Assembly: GCA_035390665.1 (NCBI GenBank)
Contig: DAOOUC010000001.1
Location: forward strand, 10,651-74,650
Direction: 5' to 3'
DNA from: an archaeon
GTDB taxonomy: Archaea > Iainarchaeota > Iainarchaeia > Iainarchaeales > CSSED10-239
DNA length: 64,000 bases
Part shown: one piece after another, positions 25,395 to 35,734 of the stretch
Numbering within the stretch: the stretch's first letter is position 1
Layout of the letters: every line of letters begins with the position of its first letter
Program-made: the position numbers and the translations under genes
The notes under the pieces: generated by a model
The model's database searches: none
What the model was told of the DNA's origin: nothing
Seen by the model: the letters and a program-made list of their open reading frames with translations, nothing else

Positions 25395-25868
25395 TTTAGT
25401 TGCAAGCTTTGCAATCTTAGAAATAAGTTCTGCTCTTGTTCTATTATATGAATCAGCAACAATTTCGGCCTCTGTAAATTTAATAAAATTTAATTCACTT
25501 AGTGCTTTATTTTTTTGAGCAGAAATTGCATTTTCTACAAATTGATTAAAAGGATATAAAAATTGTTTTCTCTTGTTAATCAAAGGCTCAAGAATCTCGT
25601 TTATTTTTGATTCAGACATTTTTTCTGTAATTAAAATGTTCTTTGCAGATTCTATATCTGCTAATGATTTAGAAACAATATCTAACATTTTTTTATATTT
25701 TTCTTTAACTGTTGGTATGTCTTTTTTTAAACCCCTAATTGCATTTTCTATTGCAGCTCTATTTTGTGCAAGCACTACAGAGGTTTTAGAAATAACTTGT
25801 TTTTTTATAATTGGCTTTCTTACTGTTACTCTTTTTAGTTTTGGTTTTAATATCGGCATATTTTTCAC
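25386..25868 (-). CDS. Hypothetical basic, helical protein
   Basis: 160 aa. No motif recognised. Convergent with the EndoQ gene, with a 9-nt overlap. Confidence 0.3.
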   Translation of the reverse strand: MKNMPILKPKLKRVTVRKPIIKKQVISKTSVVLAQNRAAIENAIRGLKKDIPTVKEKYKKMLDIVSKSLADIESAKNILITEKMSESKINEILEPLINKRKQFLYPFNQFVENAISAQKNKALSELNFIKFTEAEIVADSYNRTRAELISKIAKLATKSK

Positions 25869-25923
25869 ATTAAAGATTATATAAAATAAAGTAAATAGAA
25901 ATATTTAAAAAGAAAATAGAAAA

Positions 25924-26253
25924 TTAATCAAATCTAATCTTTAATCCTTTTGGCTCTGCAAGAATACTTACTTTTTTGCCTTTCTTTATTTTATAATGGG
26001 TTACAATATCAGCAGGAAGAGTTATAGCAAGACTTTTGCCTGCCGCAATAACATTTCTTTTAAAAGTAAATTGCTCATGGAGTCTTTTATCTAAAGCAAA
26101 CATTTGCTCGCTTGTACAAAACTGTTCTTTACATTTTTTACATTCATAGTAGGGCTCATCTTTAATTTTAATATTGCCGTCATCCAAAATAATATCTCTA
26201 TATTTAATTACTGCCACTCCTCCGCAAAAATGGCATTTTATTTCGTTTTCCAT
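25924..26253 (-). CDS. Putative antitoxin: YgiT/MqsA-type zinc ribbon fused to an AbrB/SpoVT-like swapped-hairpin domain
   Basis: CHFCGG...CKKCKEQF zinc ribbon, then AAGKSLAITLPADIVTHYKIKKGKKVSI (AbrB-like). Confidence 0.5.
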   Translation of the reverse strand: MENEIKCHFCGGVAVIKYRDIILDDGNIKIKDEPYYECKKCKEQFCTSEQMFALDKRLHEQFTFKRNVIAAGKSLAITLPADIVTHYKIKKGKKVSILAEPKGLKIRFD

Positions 26254-26513
26254 AATCTTTCCTCTTCTTCACTTGATTCCCATAATGTCAAAATTAAAAT
26301 ATATTCTTTAGTTTCTTTCTTAATAATAGTTAAAAATATTGGTGGAATTTTAAAAATTGTTTTAATTTTATCTTCTTCTTTAATCTTTACTTTTTGTTTT
26401 TTAACTTCGAATTCTACATCTCCATAATTAATATTATATTTAGCTACGCGCTCTATAAATCTATCCTGTGCGTGAAGACTCCAAGTTACAATCATATATA
26501 TCATTTGTAACAA
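26238..26513 (-). CDS. Putative toxin (DUF4258-like), upstream partner of the zinc-ribbon/AbrB gene
   Basis: IVTWSLHAQDRFIERV resembles the DUF4258 H..R..R motif. 16-nt overlap with the downstream gene. Confidence 0.4.
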   Translation of the reverse strand: MLQMIYMIVTWSLHAQDRFIERVAKYNINYGDVEFEVKKQKVKIKEEDKIKTIFKIPPIFLTIIKKETKEYILILTLWESSEEEERLWKTK

Positions 26514-26574
26514 AAGTATTAAATAAGCATCTTATTATAATCAGATTATAATAAAAAAAACAAAGAAAAAAAAA

Positions 26575-29241
26575 TTATTTCTTTTCCTTAATTACTGCAT
26601 GAGCTGCCGCAAGTCTTGCAATTGGAACTCTGTATGGAGAACAAGAAACATAGTCAAGACCAAGCTTGTGGCAAAAGATAACAGAATCTGGATCTCCTCC
26701 GTGTTCTCCACAAATTCCAAGCTTTAACTTTGGTTTTATCTTTCTTCCTTTCTCTATTGCTATTTGCATGACTTTACCAACACCTTCTTGATCAATTGTT
26801 GTAAAAGGATCTCTTGCATAAATTCCTAAATCAACATATTCTGGAAGAAACTTTCCGGCGTCATCTCTACTTAAGCCAAGAGTCATTTGCGTTAAATCAT
26901 TAGTACCAAAAGAAAAGAAATCAGCTTCTGTTGCTATCTCATCAGCAGTTATTGCTGCTCTTGGAATCTCAATCATTGTTCCAAATTTGAAATCTAATTT
27001 TGCTTTTTTTTCTTTTAGAACGGCTTCAATTGTTTTGTAAACAATTTCTTTTTGTAAAGTTAGTTCCTTTGTTTTACCAACTAATGGAATCATTATTTCT
27101 GGGACAACTTTCAATCCATTCTTATTTACTTCAATTGCAGCTTCAATGATTGCTCTTGTTTGCATCTCTGTTATTTCTGGAAAAGTTATTCCAAGTCTAC
27201 AACCACGATGCCCTAGCATTGGATTAAACTCAAACAAATCATCAATTTTTTTCTTAAGTTCAGCTACTGGAATTTTCATTTCTCTTGATAACTCTAAGAT
27301 ATCTTTTTCTTCTTTTGGCAAAAATTCGTGAAGAGGAGGATCAAGAAGTCTTATTGTTACTGGCTTATCTTTCATAGCTTTAAAAAGACCTATAAAATCT
27401 CCTCTTTGCATTGGAAGAAGCTTTGCTAAAGCTTTTTTCCTACCTTCTAAATCCCTTGAAAGAATCATCTCTCTTACTGCTTTAATTCTGTCGCCCTCAA
27501 AGAACATATGTTCTGTTCTACAAAGGCCTATTCCGTCTGCTCCAAACTTAATTGCAACTTCTGCATCTTTTGGAGTATCTGCATTTGTTCGTACTTTTAA
27601 TCTTCTTATTGAATCTGCCCAACTCATTAAAGTTTTAAAACTTCCTGAAAGATCTGGATCAACAACATCTAATTGACCTAAGAAAACTTGGCCTGTAGAA
27701 CCATCAAGAGTTATTGTGTCTTTTTCGGTGTAGGTTTTTCCTTTAATTATCATCTTTCTATCATACTCATCAACTAAGATATCAGAACAACCAGCAACGC
27801 AACATTTACCCATACCTCTAGCAACTACTGCTGCATGACTTGTCATTCCCCCTCTTGCGGTTAATATTCCTTGAGCTGAGTGCATTCCTTTAATGTCTTC
27901 TGGAGAAGTTTCAGTTCTAACAAGAATTACTTTTTTCCCTTCTTCAGCTCTATCGACTGCATCTTTTGCTGTAAAAACTATTGTTCCATAGACTGCACCT
28001 GGAGAGGCTGGAAGACCTTTAACAAGCACTTGCGCTTTTGTCTTTGCTTTTGGATCAATTGTTTTATGGAGTAATTGATTTAATGAATTAGGGTCAACTC
28101 TTAAAATTGCTTCATCTTTAGAAATTAATTTTTCAGAAACCATATCTACTGCAATTTGCACTGCTGCCTTTGCTGTTCTTTTACCAACTCTGACTTGAAG
28201 CATGTAAAGTTTTCCATCTTCAATTGTAAACTCCATGTCAAGCATATCTTTGTAGTGTTTTTCAAGTTTTTGGTAAATAGAAACAAATTCTGCATAGACT
28301 TTTGGCATTTTCTTTTGTAAGTCAGTTATTGGTAATGGAGTTCTAATACCTGCAACAACATCTTCGCCTTGAGCATTAAATAATAATTCTCCATATAATT
28401 TATTTTCACCAGTTGAAGGATTTCTTGAAAAACAAACACCTGTTCCTGAATTATCTCCTGTGTTACCAAAAACCATTGCTTGAACATTTACTGCTGTTCC
28501 TAAAAGGCCTGTAATGTTATTTAATTTTCTATAAACAATTGCTCTTTCATTATTCCAAGACTTAAACACTGCATTTATTGCACCATATAATTGTGTTTTT
28601 GGATCTTGTGGGAATTCTTTTTTTGTGTGTTTTTTAATTATTGCTTTGTATTCTATTATTATTTTTTTTAAATCATTTGCAGTTAAATCAGTATCAAACT
28701 TTACTTTTTTATTTAATTTTGCTTTATCTAAAACTTCTTCGAAATGTTTGTGAGGAACTTCTAGAACAACATCTCCATACATTTGTAAAAATCTTCTGTA
28801 TGAATCATAAGCAAATCTTGGATTTTTGGTTTTGTTTGCTAATACTTCTACTGTTTTATCATTTAAACCTAGATTTAGAATTGTATCCATCATTCCAGGC
28901 ATTGAAGATGCTGCACCAGACCTAACAGAAACTAAAAGAGGATTATTTAAATCTCCAAACTTTTTATTCATGCTTTTTTCTAAGATTATTAGATTTTCTC
29001 GCAATTGTTTTTCAAGACCCTCTGGCCATTTTTTATTATCAGAATAATATGCACAAGTTTCAGTTGTTATTGTAAAACCATCTGGAACAGGTAACCCTAA
29101 TGTTTTCATCTCAGCTAGGTTAGCACCTTTCCCGCCAAGAAGATTTTTCATATCTTTGTTCCCTTCAGAAAACTTATAAATCCATTTTTTTTGTTTAGAA
29201 ACTGATGTTTGTTTCTTAATTCTAGAAATTGCTTTTTTCAA
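26575..29241 (-). CDS. ppdK: Pyruvate, phosphate dikinase
   Basis: 888 aa. Phosphohistidine motif GGMTSHAAVVARG, C-terminal PEP-utilizer motif CGEHGGDP, ATP-grasp N-terminus. Confidence 0.95.
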   Translation of the reverse strand: MKKAISRIKKQTSVSKQKKWIYKFSEGNKDMKNLLGGKGANLAEMKTLGLPVPDGFTITTETCAYYSDNKKWPEGLEKQLRENLIILEKSMNKKFGDLNNPLLVSVRSGAASSMPGMMDTILNLGLNDKTVEVLANKTKNPRFAYDSYRRFLQMYGDVVLEVPHKHFEEVLDKAKLNKKVKFDTDLTANDLKKIIIEYKAIIKKHTKKEFPQDPKTQLYGAINAVFKSWNNERAIVYRKLNNITGLLGTAVNVQAMVFGNTGDNSGTGVCFSRNPSTGENKLYGELLFNAQGEDVVAGIRTPLPITDLQKKMPKVYAEFVSIYQKLEKHYKDMLDMEFTIEDGKLYMLQVRVGKRTAKAAVQIAVDMVSEKLISKDEAILRVDPNSLNQLLHKTIDPKAKTKAQVLVKGLPASPGAVYGTIVFTAKDAVDRAEEGKKVILVRTETSPEDIKGMHSAQGILTARGGMTSHAAVVARGMGKCCVAGCSDILVDEYDRKMIIKGKTYTEKDTITLDGSTGQVFLGQLDVVDPDLSGSFKTLMSWADSIRRLKVRTNADTPKDAEVAIKFGADGIGLCRTEHMFFEGDRIKAVREMILSRDLEGRKKALAKLLPMQRGDFIGLFKAMKDKPVTIRLLDPPLHEFLPKEEKDILELSREMKIPVAELKKKIDDLFEFNPMLGHRGCRLGITFPEITEMQTRAIIEAAIEVNKNGLKVVPEIMIPLVGKTKELTLQKEIVYKTIEAVLKEKKAKLDFKFGTMIEIPRAAITADEIATEADFFSFGTNDLTQMTLGLSRDDAGKFLPEYVDLGIYARDPFTTIDQEGVGKVMQIAIEKGRKIKPKLKLGICGEHGGDPDSVIFCHKLGLDYVSCSPYRVPIARLAAAHAVIKEKK

Positions 29242-29328
29242 AAATATTCACACTCCAAATAAAAAGTTTTGTTCTTTTGCTTTTAAGAACATTAATATAA
29301 AGATAGAAAAGAAATAAAAATAGATAAT

Positions 29329-30351
29329 TTAATCCTCATCAAACATCTGGTTGATGGATTGCTTGAATTGTATGCAGTAAATTGCTTTTGCAAAGTAGTC
29401 ACTTATTGGAACAATTGCAAGCCAAGGGTGAGTTTCTGAGAACTCTGGTTCACGAAAAACTGCATCAGTTACTATCACTTTTTCTAGGATATTTTCTTTG
29501 TAAAGTTCATCAATCCTTTCAATTGCTTTTCCATTTAATAGCCCTAGAGAACAAGCAAAATAAACTTTTTTTGCTCCTTTTTCTTTTAAAGTTTTTACTG
29601 CCGAAATTAGTGTTCCACCAGTATCTAGCATGTCGTCTACTAAAAGAACATCCTTGTTTTTTACATTGCCAATAAGTTCCATTGTCTCTACACAATTGGC
29701 TTTAGAATAATCTCTTTCCTTATAAATTGAAACAACCCCTACACCGAGTTTTGAAGCCATCTCTGTTGCTCTTTTCATTCCTCCAAAATCTGGAGAAGAA
29801 ATCACAAGGTTATCTGTTGGAATGTTATCAACTACATATCTTCTTATTGCTCTTTTTGCATAAAGATTTTCTAGAATTGCTTTATCAAAAAAACCAGCTG
29901 TTGCTGGATTATGAATATCAAGAGTTAAAACCCTAGAGACCCCTACCATTTCTAACTCTTTTGCAATTATTCTTGCAGTTAAACATTCTCTTCCCCAAAT
30001 CTTATCTTGACGAGCATATGGGTAAACTGGAATAATTACAGTTATTCTTCTTGCACTTGCAACTCTTGCGGCATCAATTAAAGTAATTAAGGCTCTGATA
30101 TTATCATCAACAGACATTCCGTTTGTACTGTTAGAAACATCTTGAACAATAAAAACATTTGTGCCTCTTATTGATTCTAAAATATTTGATTTGATCTCAG
30201 AATTTGCAAACCTTGTTTCTTGAATTGGCGTTATTGATATTTTCTGATGATTATTAGTTTCTAAAAGATCATTAAGATATTTTAGAATGCTATTTGCGAA
30301 ATGTTCTCCTGATTTACAAGAGAGAAGTCTTATATCGTGCATATTTTTCAC
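29329..30351 (-). CDS. prs: Ribose-phosphate pyrophosphokinase (PRPP synthetase)
   Basis: LDIHNPATAGFFD and the PRPP-binding loop VLLVDDMLDTGGTL. Confidence 0.9.
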   Translation of the reverse strand: MKNMHDIRLLSCKSGEHFANSILKYLNDLLETNNHQKISITPIQETRFANSEIKSNILESIRGTNVFIVQDVSNSTNGMSVDDNIRALITLIDAARVASARRITVIIPVYPYARQDKIWGRECLTARIIAKELEMVGVSRVLTLDIHNPATAGFFDKAILENLYAKRAIRRYVVDNIPTDNLVISSPDFGGMKRATEMASKLGVGVVSIYKERDYSKANCVETMELIGNVKNKDVLLVDDMLDTGGTLISAVKTLKEKGAKKVYFACSLGLLNGKAIERIDELYKENILEKVIVTDAVFREPEFSETHPWLAIVPISDYFAKAIYCIQFKQSINQMFDED

Positions 30352-31730
30352 TATCCTGTAATTACTACCTTTGGTTTTAAACTAAATGCTTTCTTACAAA
30401 GACCTGCACCAACTAAAGAATTGACAACTTCTTTTGATGGCTTGTAAGCATTTGGTTGTTCTTCTCTTAAGGTGTTTTCTGAATGACCTGATAAAAATAT
30501 TTCTTTTTTTAAAAAATCATCTTTTAATTTTTGTGCAGAAACTTTTTCCTTTGCTGCTTTTCTTGAAAGTAATCTTCCACAACCGTGAGCAATTGTTGAA
30601 AGGGTTTCTTTTTCCACTCTTTTTTTTGGTAGAAGAACGTGAGTGGTATCAAGCATTGACCCTGGTAAAATTGCAGGGGCACCACTATCTAAAAATCTTG
30701 AATGCTCTGAAAGATCCTTTGGAAGTAAACATCTTACAGCCCCTTTTCTGTGAACTAAAAGTTGTGTCTTGTTGTGGGTTTCTAGAGTTGCATTGTTGTG
30801 GGTTAGATCATATAAAAGGTCAGTTTTTAAATCTCTGTGTCCAAGATTTAATGTTTTTTTTATAGTATCAGCAACTTTTGTTCTAATTACTGCTCTGTTA
30901 ACAAAAGCATAATTACTTGCTGCACACATACTTGTGTAGTATTGTTGCCCTGCTTTAGAATGAAAATCAAAATAAGAAAATGGAATTTTGTGTTCGCAGT
31001 TTTCAATAAAATCTGTTGCTATCTGGTGCCCAAAACCGCGAGAACCAGAATGAATCATAATCATTAATTGCCCTTTTGAGATTTTGTGAGTTTTACAAAA
31101 CTTTTTATCAGAAATATTATCCACATAAACTAAATCAATAAAATGATTTCCCTCTCCAAGAGTTCCAACTTGAACTTTTCCTCTTTTTATTGCCTCTTTA
31201 GAAATGTGTGAAAAAGACGCAGATCTGTGACTTCCAAGATGATCGGTATATAATTTATCATACTTGTCTGCATAACTATTCTTGTAAGCCCACTCTAAAC
31301 CTTCATAACAAATATCTTGAAGATCATTATTTGTAATCTTTATTCCATTACTCGAAAGTCCAATTGGAAGTTTAGTTAATTCTTTTAAAAGTAAAGAATA
31401 CTCTTTTGTAGAAAAATCAGAAACAAAAAGATTTGTTCTAACAAGTGATACTCCACAATTAATATCAAAGCCAACAGCTTCTGGGCTAATTATTGGAAGA
31501 TTATCAATTTCTGTTGCAAAAGCCGAACCTATAGGAACACCATAACCGACGTGAAGATCAGGAAAACCAATAGCCTCTCCATAAAGGTTAGGAAGTTTAG
31601 AAATATTATTTAATTGCTCAATTGCTTTTTTATCCAGAGTAGAAAATATAGAAGAATTAGATATAATTTTTATTTTATTTTTTCTGTCTAAAAAAATGTT
31701 CTTGCCAGTTATATTTAACATCTTTAACAA
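30351..31730 (-). CDS. rtcB: RNA-splicing ligase RtcB
   Basis: GFDINCGV, GEGNHFIDL, HSGSRGFGHQ and a C-terminal H..G motif typical of RtcB. Confidence 0.9.
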   Translation of the reverse strand: MLKMLNITGKNIFLDRKNKIKIISNSSIFSTLDKKAIEQLNNISKLPNLYGEAIGFPDLHVGYGVPIGSAFATEIDNLPIISPEAVGFDINCGVSLVRTNLFVSDFSTKEYSLLLKELTKLPIGLSSNGIKITNNDLQDICYEGLEWAYKNSYADKYDKLYTDHLGSHRSASFSHISKEAIKRGKVQVGTLGEGNHFIDLVYVDNISDKKFCKTHKISKGQLMIMIHSGSRGFGHQIATDFIENCEHKIPFSYFDFHSKAGQQYYTSMCAASNYAFVNRAVIRTKVADTIKKTLNLGHRDLKTDLLYDLTHNNATLETHNKTQLLVHRKGAVRCLLPKDLSEHSRFLDSGAPAILPGSMLDTTHVLLPKKRVEKETLSTIAHGCGRLLSRKAAKEKVSAQKLKDDFLKKEIFLSGHSENTLREEQPNAYKPSKEVVNSLVGAGLCKKAFSLKPKVVITG

Positions 31731-31775
31731 CTGTTTACTTTTGTAATAACTACAAAAAAAAATTAATTAGAGTAT

Positions 31776-32084
31776 TTAGCTTTTAAGCTCAATACCTATT
31801 TGCAGATCTGCTGGAACATCTACTCTCATTATTCTTCTAAGAGTTTTATCGTCAGCCTTAACATCAATTATTCTTTTATGAATTCTTAATTGATATTTTT
31901 CATATGTTTCAGTTCCACCACCAGAAACTCCTCTTCTTAATGGTACAACTAATTTCTTTGTTTTTAATGGAATTACTCCAGAATGTTTTACTCCACTTTT
32001 AGAAGCAACATCTAGTATTTCCGCGCAGAAATCTGTAACTTTTTTGTAATCCGTTCCTGTAACAATTACTCTTGCTGTTTGCAT
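31776..32084 (-). CDS. rps10: 30S ribosomal protein S10 (uS10)
   Basis: 102 aa, the classic S10 sequence, directly downstream of EF-1alpha as in the archaeal str-like operon. Confidence 0.9.
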   Translation of the reverse strand: MQTARVIVTGTDYKKVTDFCAEILDVASKSGVKHSGVIPLKTKKLVVPLRRGVSGGGTETYEKYQLRIHKRIIDVKADDKTLRRIMRVDVPADLQIGIELKS

Positions 32085-32116
32085 AATTTTTCACTTTATT
32101 TAAATATTAAAGAGAG

Positions 32117-33376
32117 TTACTTAACTCTCTTTTTAATCTCTTGTATTACACCTGCTGCAACAGTCTTACCCATATCTCTGATAGCAAATCTACCAAGTTG
32201 TGGATAATCCTTGAATGTTTCACAAACAAGTGGTTGTGTTGGTTTTATTCTAACAATTGCAGCATCTCCTGTCTTTAAGAATTTTGGATTCTCTTCAACT
32301 GTTGGTGCAACTTTTCTTATAAGTTCAACAATTGAACAAGACATTTGTGCGGTGTGTATGTGGAATACTGGTGTGTATCCTGCTGTAATTGCTGTAGGGT
32401 GGTTTAACACAATTATTTGAGCTAAGAAAGATTCAGCAACTGTTGGTGGATCGTTCTCTGGTCCTACAACAGAACCTCTTTTAATTGCTCCTTTATCTAT
32501 GTTTTTAACATTGAAACCGATGTTATCTCCTGGTAATGCTTCAGGTAATTGTTCGTGATGTGCTTCAACTGTTTTTACTTGTGTTGCAATTCCTTCAGGC
32601 ATTATAATTACTTTATCATTTGGTCTTAAGATTCCTGTTTCAACTCTACCAACTGGAACCATACCAACACCTTTAATTGAATAAACGTCTTGGATTGGTA
32701 ATCTTAATGGCTTACCGGTTAATACTTCTGGTGCCTTGAAATTATTCATTGCTTCGATTAAGCAAGGCCCTTTATACCATGGCATTTTCTCTGATGGTTT
32801 AATTATGTTTTCTCCATTCCATGCTGAAATTGGTATAACAACATATTGATCATCTTTAAATTTACCTTTAAAAAGTGCAGCTATGTCTGTTTTAATTTTA
32901 TTGAAGCCCTCTTCAGTATAATTTACTTCGTCCATTTTATTTACTGCAACAATTATTTGCTTAATTCCCATAACTTGTGCAAGAAATGCGTGTTCTTTTG
33001 TTTGGGACATTATTCCATCTTTTGATGCAACAACTAAAACAGCACCATCTGATTGAGCTGTTCCTGTAATCATGTTTTTAACATAATCTTGGTGGCCAGG
33101 TGCATCAATTACTGTGAAACTATATTTATCTGTATCTAATTTCTTATAGTTTACATCGATTGTGATACCTCTGTCTCTTTCTTCTTTAGTTACATCCATA
33201 AGGTAAGCGAATGCAAAGGTTCCTTTTCCTTTTTCTTCAGCTATTGCTTGTAACTTTCTATAATCTTGTTCGCTTAAGTTTTTTGTGTCATACATTAAAC
33301 GACCAACTGTAGTGGATTTACCGTGATCAATGTGGCCAATGAAAACAACATTAATCTTTGGTTTTGGTGATGCCAT
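32117..33376 (-). CDS. tuf: Translation elongation factor EF-1alpha
   Basis: G motifs GHIDHGKST, DAPGH, NKMD, SAW. 419 aa. Confidence 0.95.
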   Translation of the reverse strand: MASPKPKINVVFIGHIDHGKSTTVGRLMYDTKNLSEQDYRKLQAIAEEKGKGTFAFAYLMDVTKEERDRGITIDVNYKKLDTDKYSFTVIDAPGHQDYVKNMITGTAQSDGAVLVVASKDGIMSQTKEHAFLAQVMGIKQIIVAVNKMDEVNYTEEGFNKIKTDIAALFKGKFKDDQYVVIPISAWNGENIIKPSEKMPWYKGPCLIEAMNNFKAPEVLTGKPLRLPIQDVYSIKGVGMVPVGRVETGILRPNDKVIIMPEGIATQVKTVEAHHEQLPEALPGDNIGFNVKNIDKGAIKRGSVVGPENDPPTVAESFLAQIIVLNHPTAITAGYTPVFHIHTAQMSCSIVELIRKVAPTVEENPKFLKTGDAAIVRIKPTQPLVCETFKDYPQLGRFAIRDMGKTVAAGVIQEIKKRVK

Positions 33377-33597
33377 ACATTATTCCTCCGTTATTTTTAT
33401 AATTAACAAATTTGTAAACTGCTAATATTTTTTTGCTTAAATCAAATATTTAGCTATATAATATATAGAGGGTAAACCTTTATAAAGGGATTATCTATGT
33501 ATTCTAATTAAAGAGATATAAAAAAGTTAAAAATCAAAATATATATAAATAAATTATAGCTATTATATATATAATAAAATAAAAACAAGAATAATAA

Positions 33598-34659
33598 ATG
33601 AACATAACTTTTATTCAAATAATAATTATTACGGTAATAATAATTATCTTTGGTATAGCTATCACTTACATTAATTTGAAAAAACACATGCACGCCCCAG
33701 TAAATCAAGAACAAAATGCTTGGCAAAAGATAGAAGGTCTAAATGATAAAAAAAAAGAACTAATTAGACAGAAGGAAGAAGCCTCTTTTAAATATGGTGC
33801 AAAAAGTATTAGTGACGAAGTCTATTCTAATACCTTAAAATTTATTACCACTGAATTAAATAAAATAGATACAGAAATTAATCAAGAGATTTCAAAATTA
33901 ACTAACCTTCAAAAAACACAAGACACTGGAAGCGACATAAGATTTCAAAACATAAAACTTAAAGGCGAACTTAATGAAACAAAACTAGAAAGAGATAATT
34001 TAAAACAAAGAGTTAAGGAATTAGAAGAATTTATAAAAAATTTATCTGGTTCTAAAAATATTTCTGTTTCTGCTAATGAATCCATAAAAAATAAATACTA
34101 CGAATTAATATTGGACAAATATAAAGATGAAATTAATGAACAAGAAAGAAAAACAATATCTCAAATAAAAGAAACTGTTTCTCCTAATGATTTAACAATA
34201 AGGGGAATTATTTCAAAATATAAGCCAGTTGGTTATGATTATAATAAAGACTATATTGATACTTTAAAAAAAGCATATAATTTTATAAAAAGCGAAATAG
34301 ACGTTATTAAAACAGATCTAAAGATAATGTATTGGATGGATGCAACAACTATATTTAAAAATAAATATTGCGACGATCAAGATGCTGCTGCTTTGTTTTG
34401 TTCTATAATGCAAGGGTTAAATGATTATGATGCACAAGTTTATGTTGTTTTATTAGAGAATGAAACAACGCACTCGTTTGTTAAAACAAAATATAAAAAT
34501 AATTATTATATATTTGATCTTTCCCAGAAATGTCCTTTTGAACTATATGTTTATGCTGATGAAACAAAATTGATTGAAAATTATAAATATAATGGAAATA
34601 AAATAAAAAAAGTAATATACAGATTTAATCAAAATGTATATGTTGATACAGAAGACTGA
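33598..34659 (+). CDS. Membrane-anchored coiled-coil protein with a C-terminal transglutaminase-like cysteine-protease core (tentative)
   Basis: N-terminal TM helix and long heptad-like region. C-terminal C(DDQDAAALF)...THSFV...IFD spacing resembles the Cys-His-Asp triad of the transglutaminase-like fold. Confidence 0.4.
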   Translation: MNITFIQIIIITVIIIIFGIAITYINLKKHMHAPVNQEQNAWQKIEGLNDKKKELIRQKEEASFKYGAKSISDEVYSNTLKFITTELNKIDTEINQEISKLTNLQKTQDTGSDIRFQNIKLKGELNETKLERDNLKQRVKELEEFIKNLSGSKNISVSANESIKNKYYELILDKYKDEINEQERKTISQIKETVSPNDLTIRGIISKYKPVGYDYNKDYIDTLKKAYNFIKSEIDVIKTDLKIMYWMDATTIFKNKYCDDQDAAALFCSIMQGLNDYDAQVYVVLLENETTHSFVKTKYKNNYYIFDLSQKCPFELYVYADETKLIENYKYNGNKIKKVIYRFNQNVYVDTED

Positions 34660-34663
34660 TTTT

Positions 34664-35728
34664 ATGAAAGATATAGAAATTACCAGCACCGCACTTTATT
34701 ACGTTGTTGAAAAAATTAAGCCAGAGATAATTGGAGGATATGTTAATAATGTTCAATTAATTGATAGCTCAGATTATCTTTTGAAATTAAAAATACACAA
34801 ACAAAAAACTAAAGAAATAATTATTGGATCTAAATTTCCTTTTATTTCAGAACATTCTTTGCCTGTTAATTCGAGCCCAGATGGCTTAATAAAATTTTTA
34901 AAAAAGAAACTATACAATCAAAGAATTCAAGAATTTACACAAGATAAAAACAACAGGGTTATTTATCTAAAATTAGATGATTATTTTTTAATATTTGAAT
35001 TGTTTAGTAATTCTAATATCATTCTTACAGATTTAGAATTTACAATTATTACTTCTAAACAAAAAGAAGAATGGAAAGATAGAATAATTAAAAAAAATGA
35101 AAAATATATATTTCCGCAAAATAAAGACATTAAAGAAAAAACAATAAAAGAACTTGAAGAAGAAACAAATGAATTTGATATTAAAAAAACAATTAGTTAT
35201 CTTGTAAAAGAATATAATGTTTCTCCAATATATTTACAAACAGATAATAAGACCGACGCAATAAAATTAGCAAAAAAAATATACAATTATAAATTTCCTT
35301 TAATAGATATAGAAGAAACCGAAAATAAGAAAACAATAATTGTAAAACAAAATAAAAGCGAATTATCAAAAGAAGAATTTTTTAAGCAAATCAATGAGCA
35401 CTATATTGAAAATATTAAGATCGATAATGTAAAAGAAGAAACAACAAAGACAAAAAAACAAAATTCAATTCTAGAAAGTCAACTACAAACAAAAAAAGAA
35501 TATCAAGAAATTGCAGACAAGCTTCAAAAAGAAGGAGAAGCAATTTATTCTTATTTTCAAACAATTGAAAAAATAAATGAACAGATAAGAATTGCAAGAG
35601 ATAAAAAGATTCCAGAAGACGAAATAATTAAAAAATTAAATGACTATTTTTCAAAAAACCAAAATAAATTGAAGATCACAAAAATAAATCTAAAAGATAA
35701 AACATATACTCTTGATATACAAGAATAA
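34664..35728 (+). CDS. NFACT-N (FbpA/Rqc2-like) domain protein, short form
   Basis: ITSTALYYVVEKIKPEIIGGYVNNVQLIDSSDYLLKLKIHK matches the NFACT-N start. ATG at 34664, 5 nt after the upstream stop, is preferred over 34634. No NFACT-R/C part follows. Confidence 0.5.
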   Translation: MKDIEITSTALYYVVEKIKPEIIGGYVNNVQLIDSSDYLLKLKIHKQKTKEIIIGSKFPFISEHSLPVNSSPDGLIKFLKKKLYNQRIQEFTQDKNNRVIYLKLDDYFLIFELFSNSNIILTDLEFTIITSKQKEEWKDRIIKKNEKYIFPQNKDIKEKTIKELEEETNEFDIKKTISYLVKEYNVSPIYLQTDNKTDAIKLAKKIYNYKFPLIDIEETENKKTIIVKQNKSELSKEEFFKQINEHYIENIKIDNVKEETTKTKKQNSILESQLQTKKEYQEIADKLQKEGEAIYSYFQTIEKINEQIRIARDKKIPEDEIIKKLNDYFSKNQNKLKITKINLKDKTYTLDIQE

Positions 35729-35734
35729 ATTATT

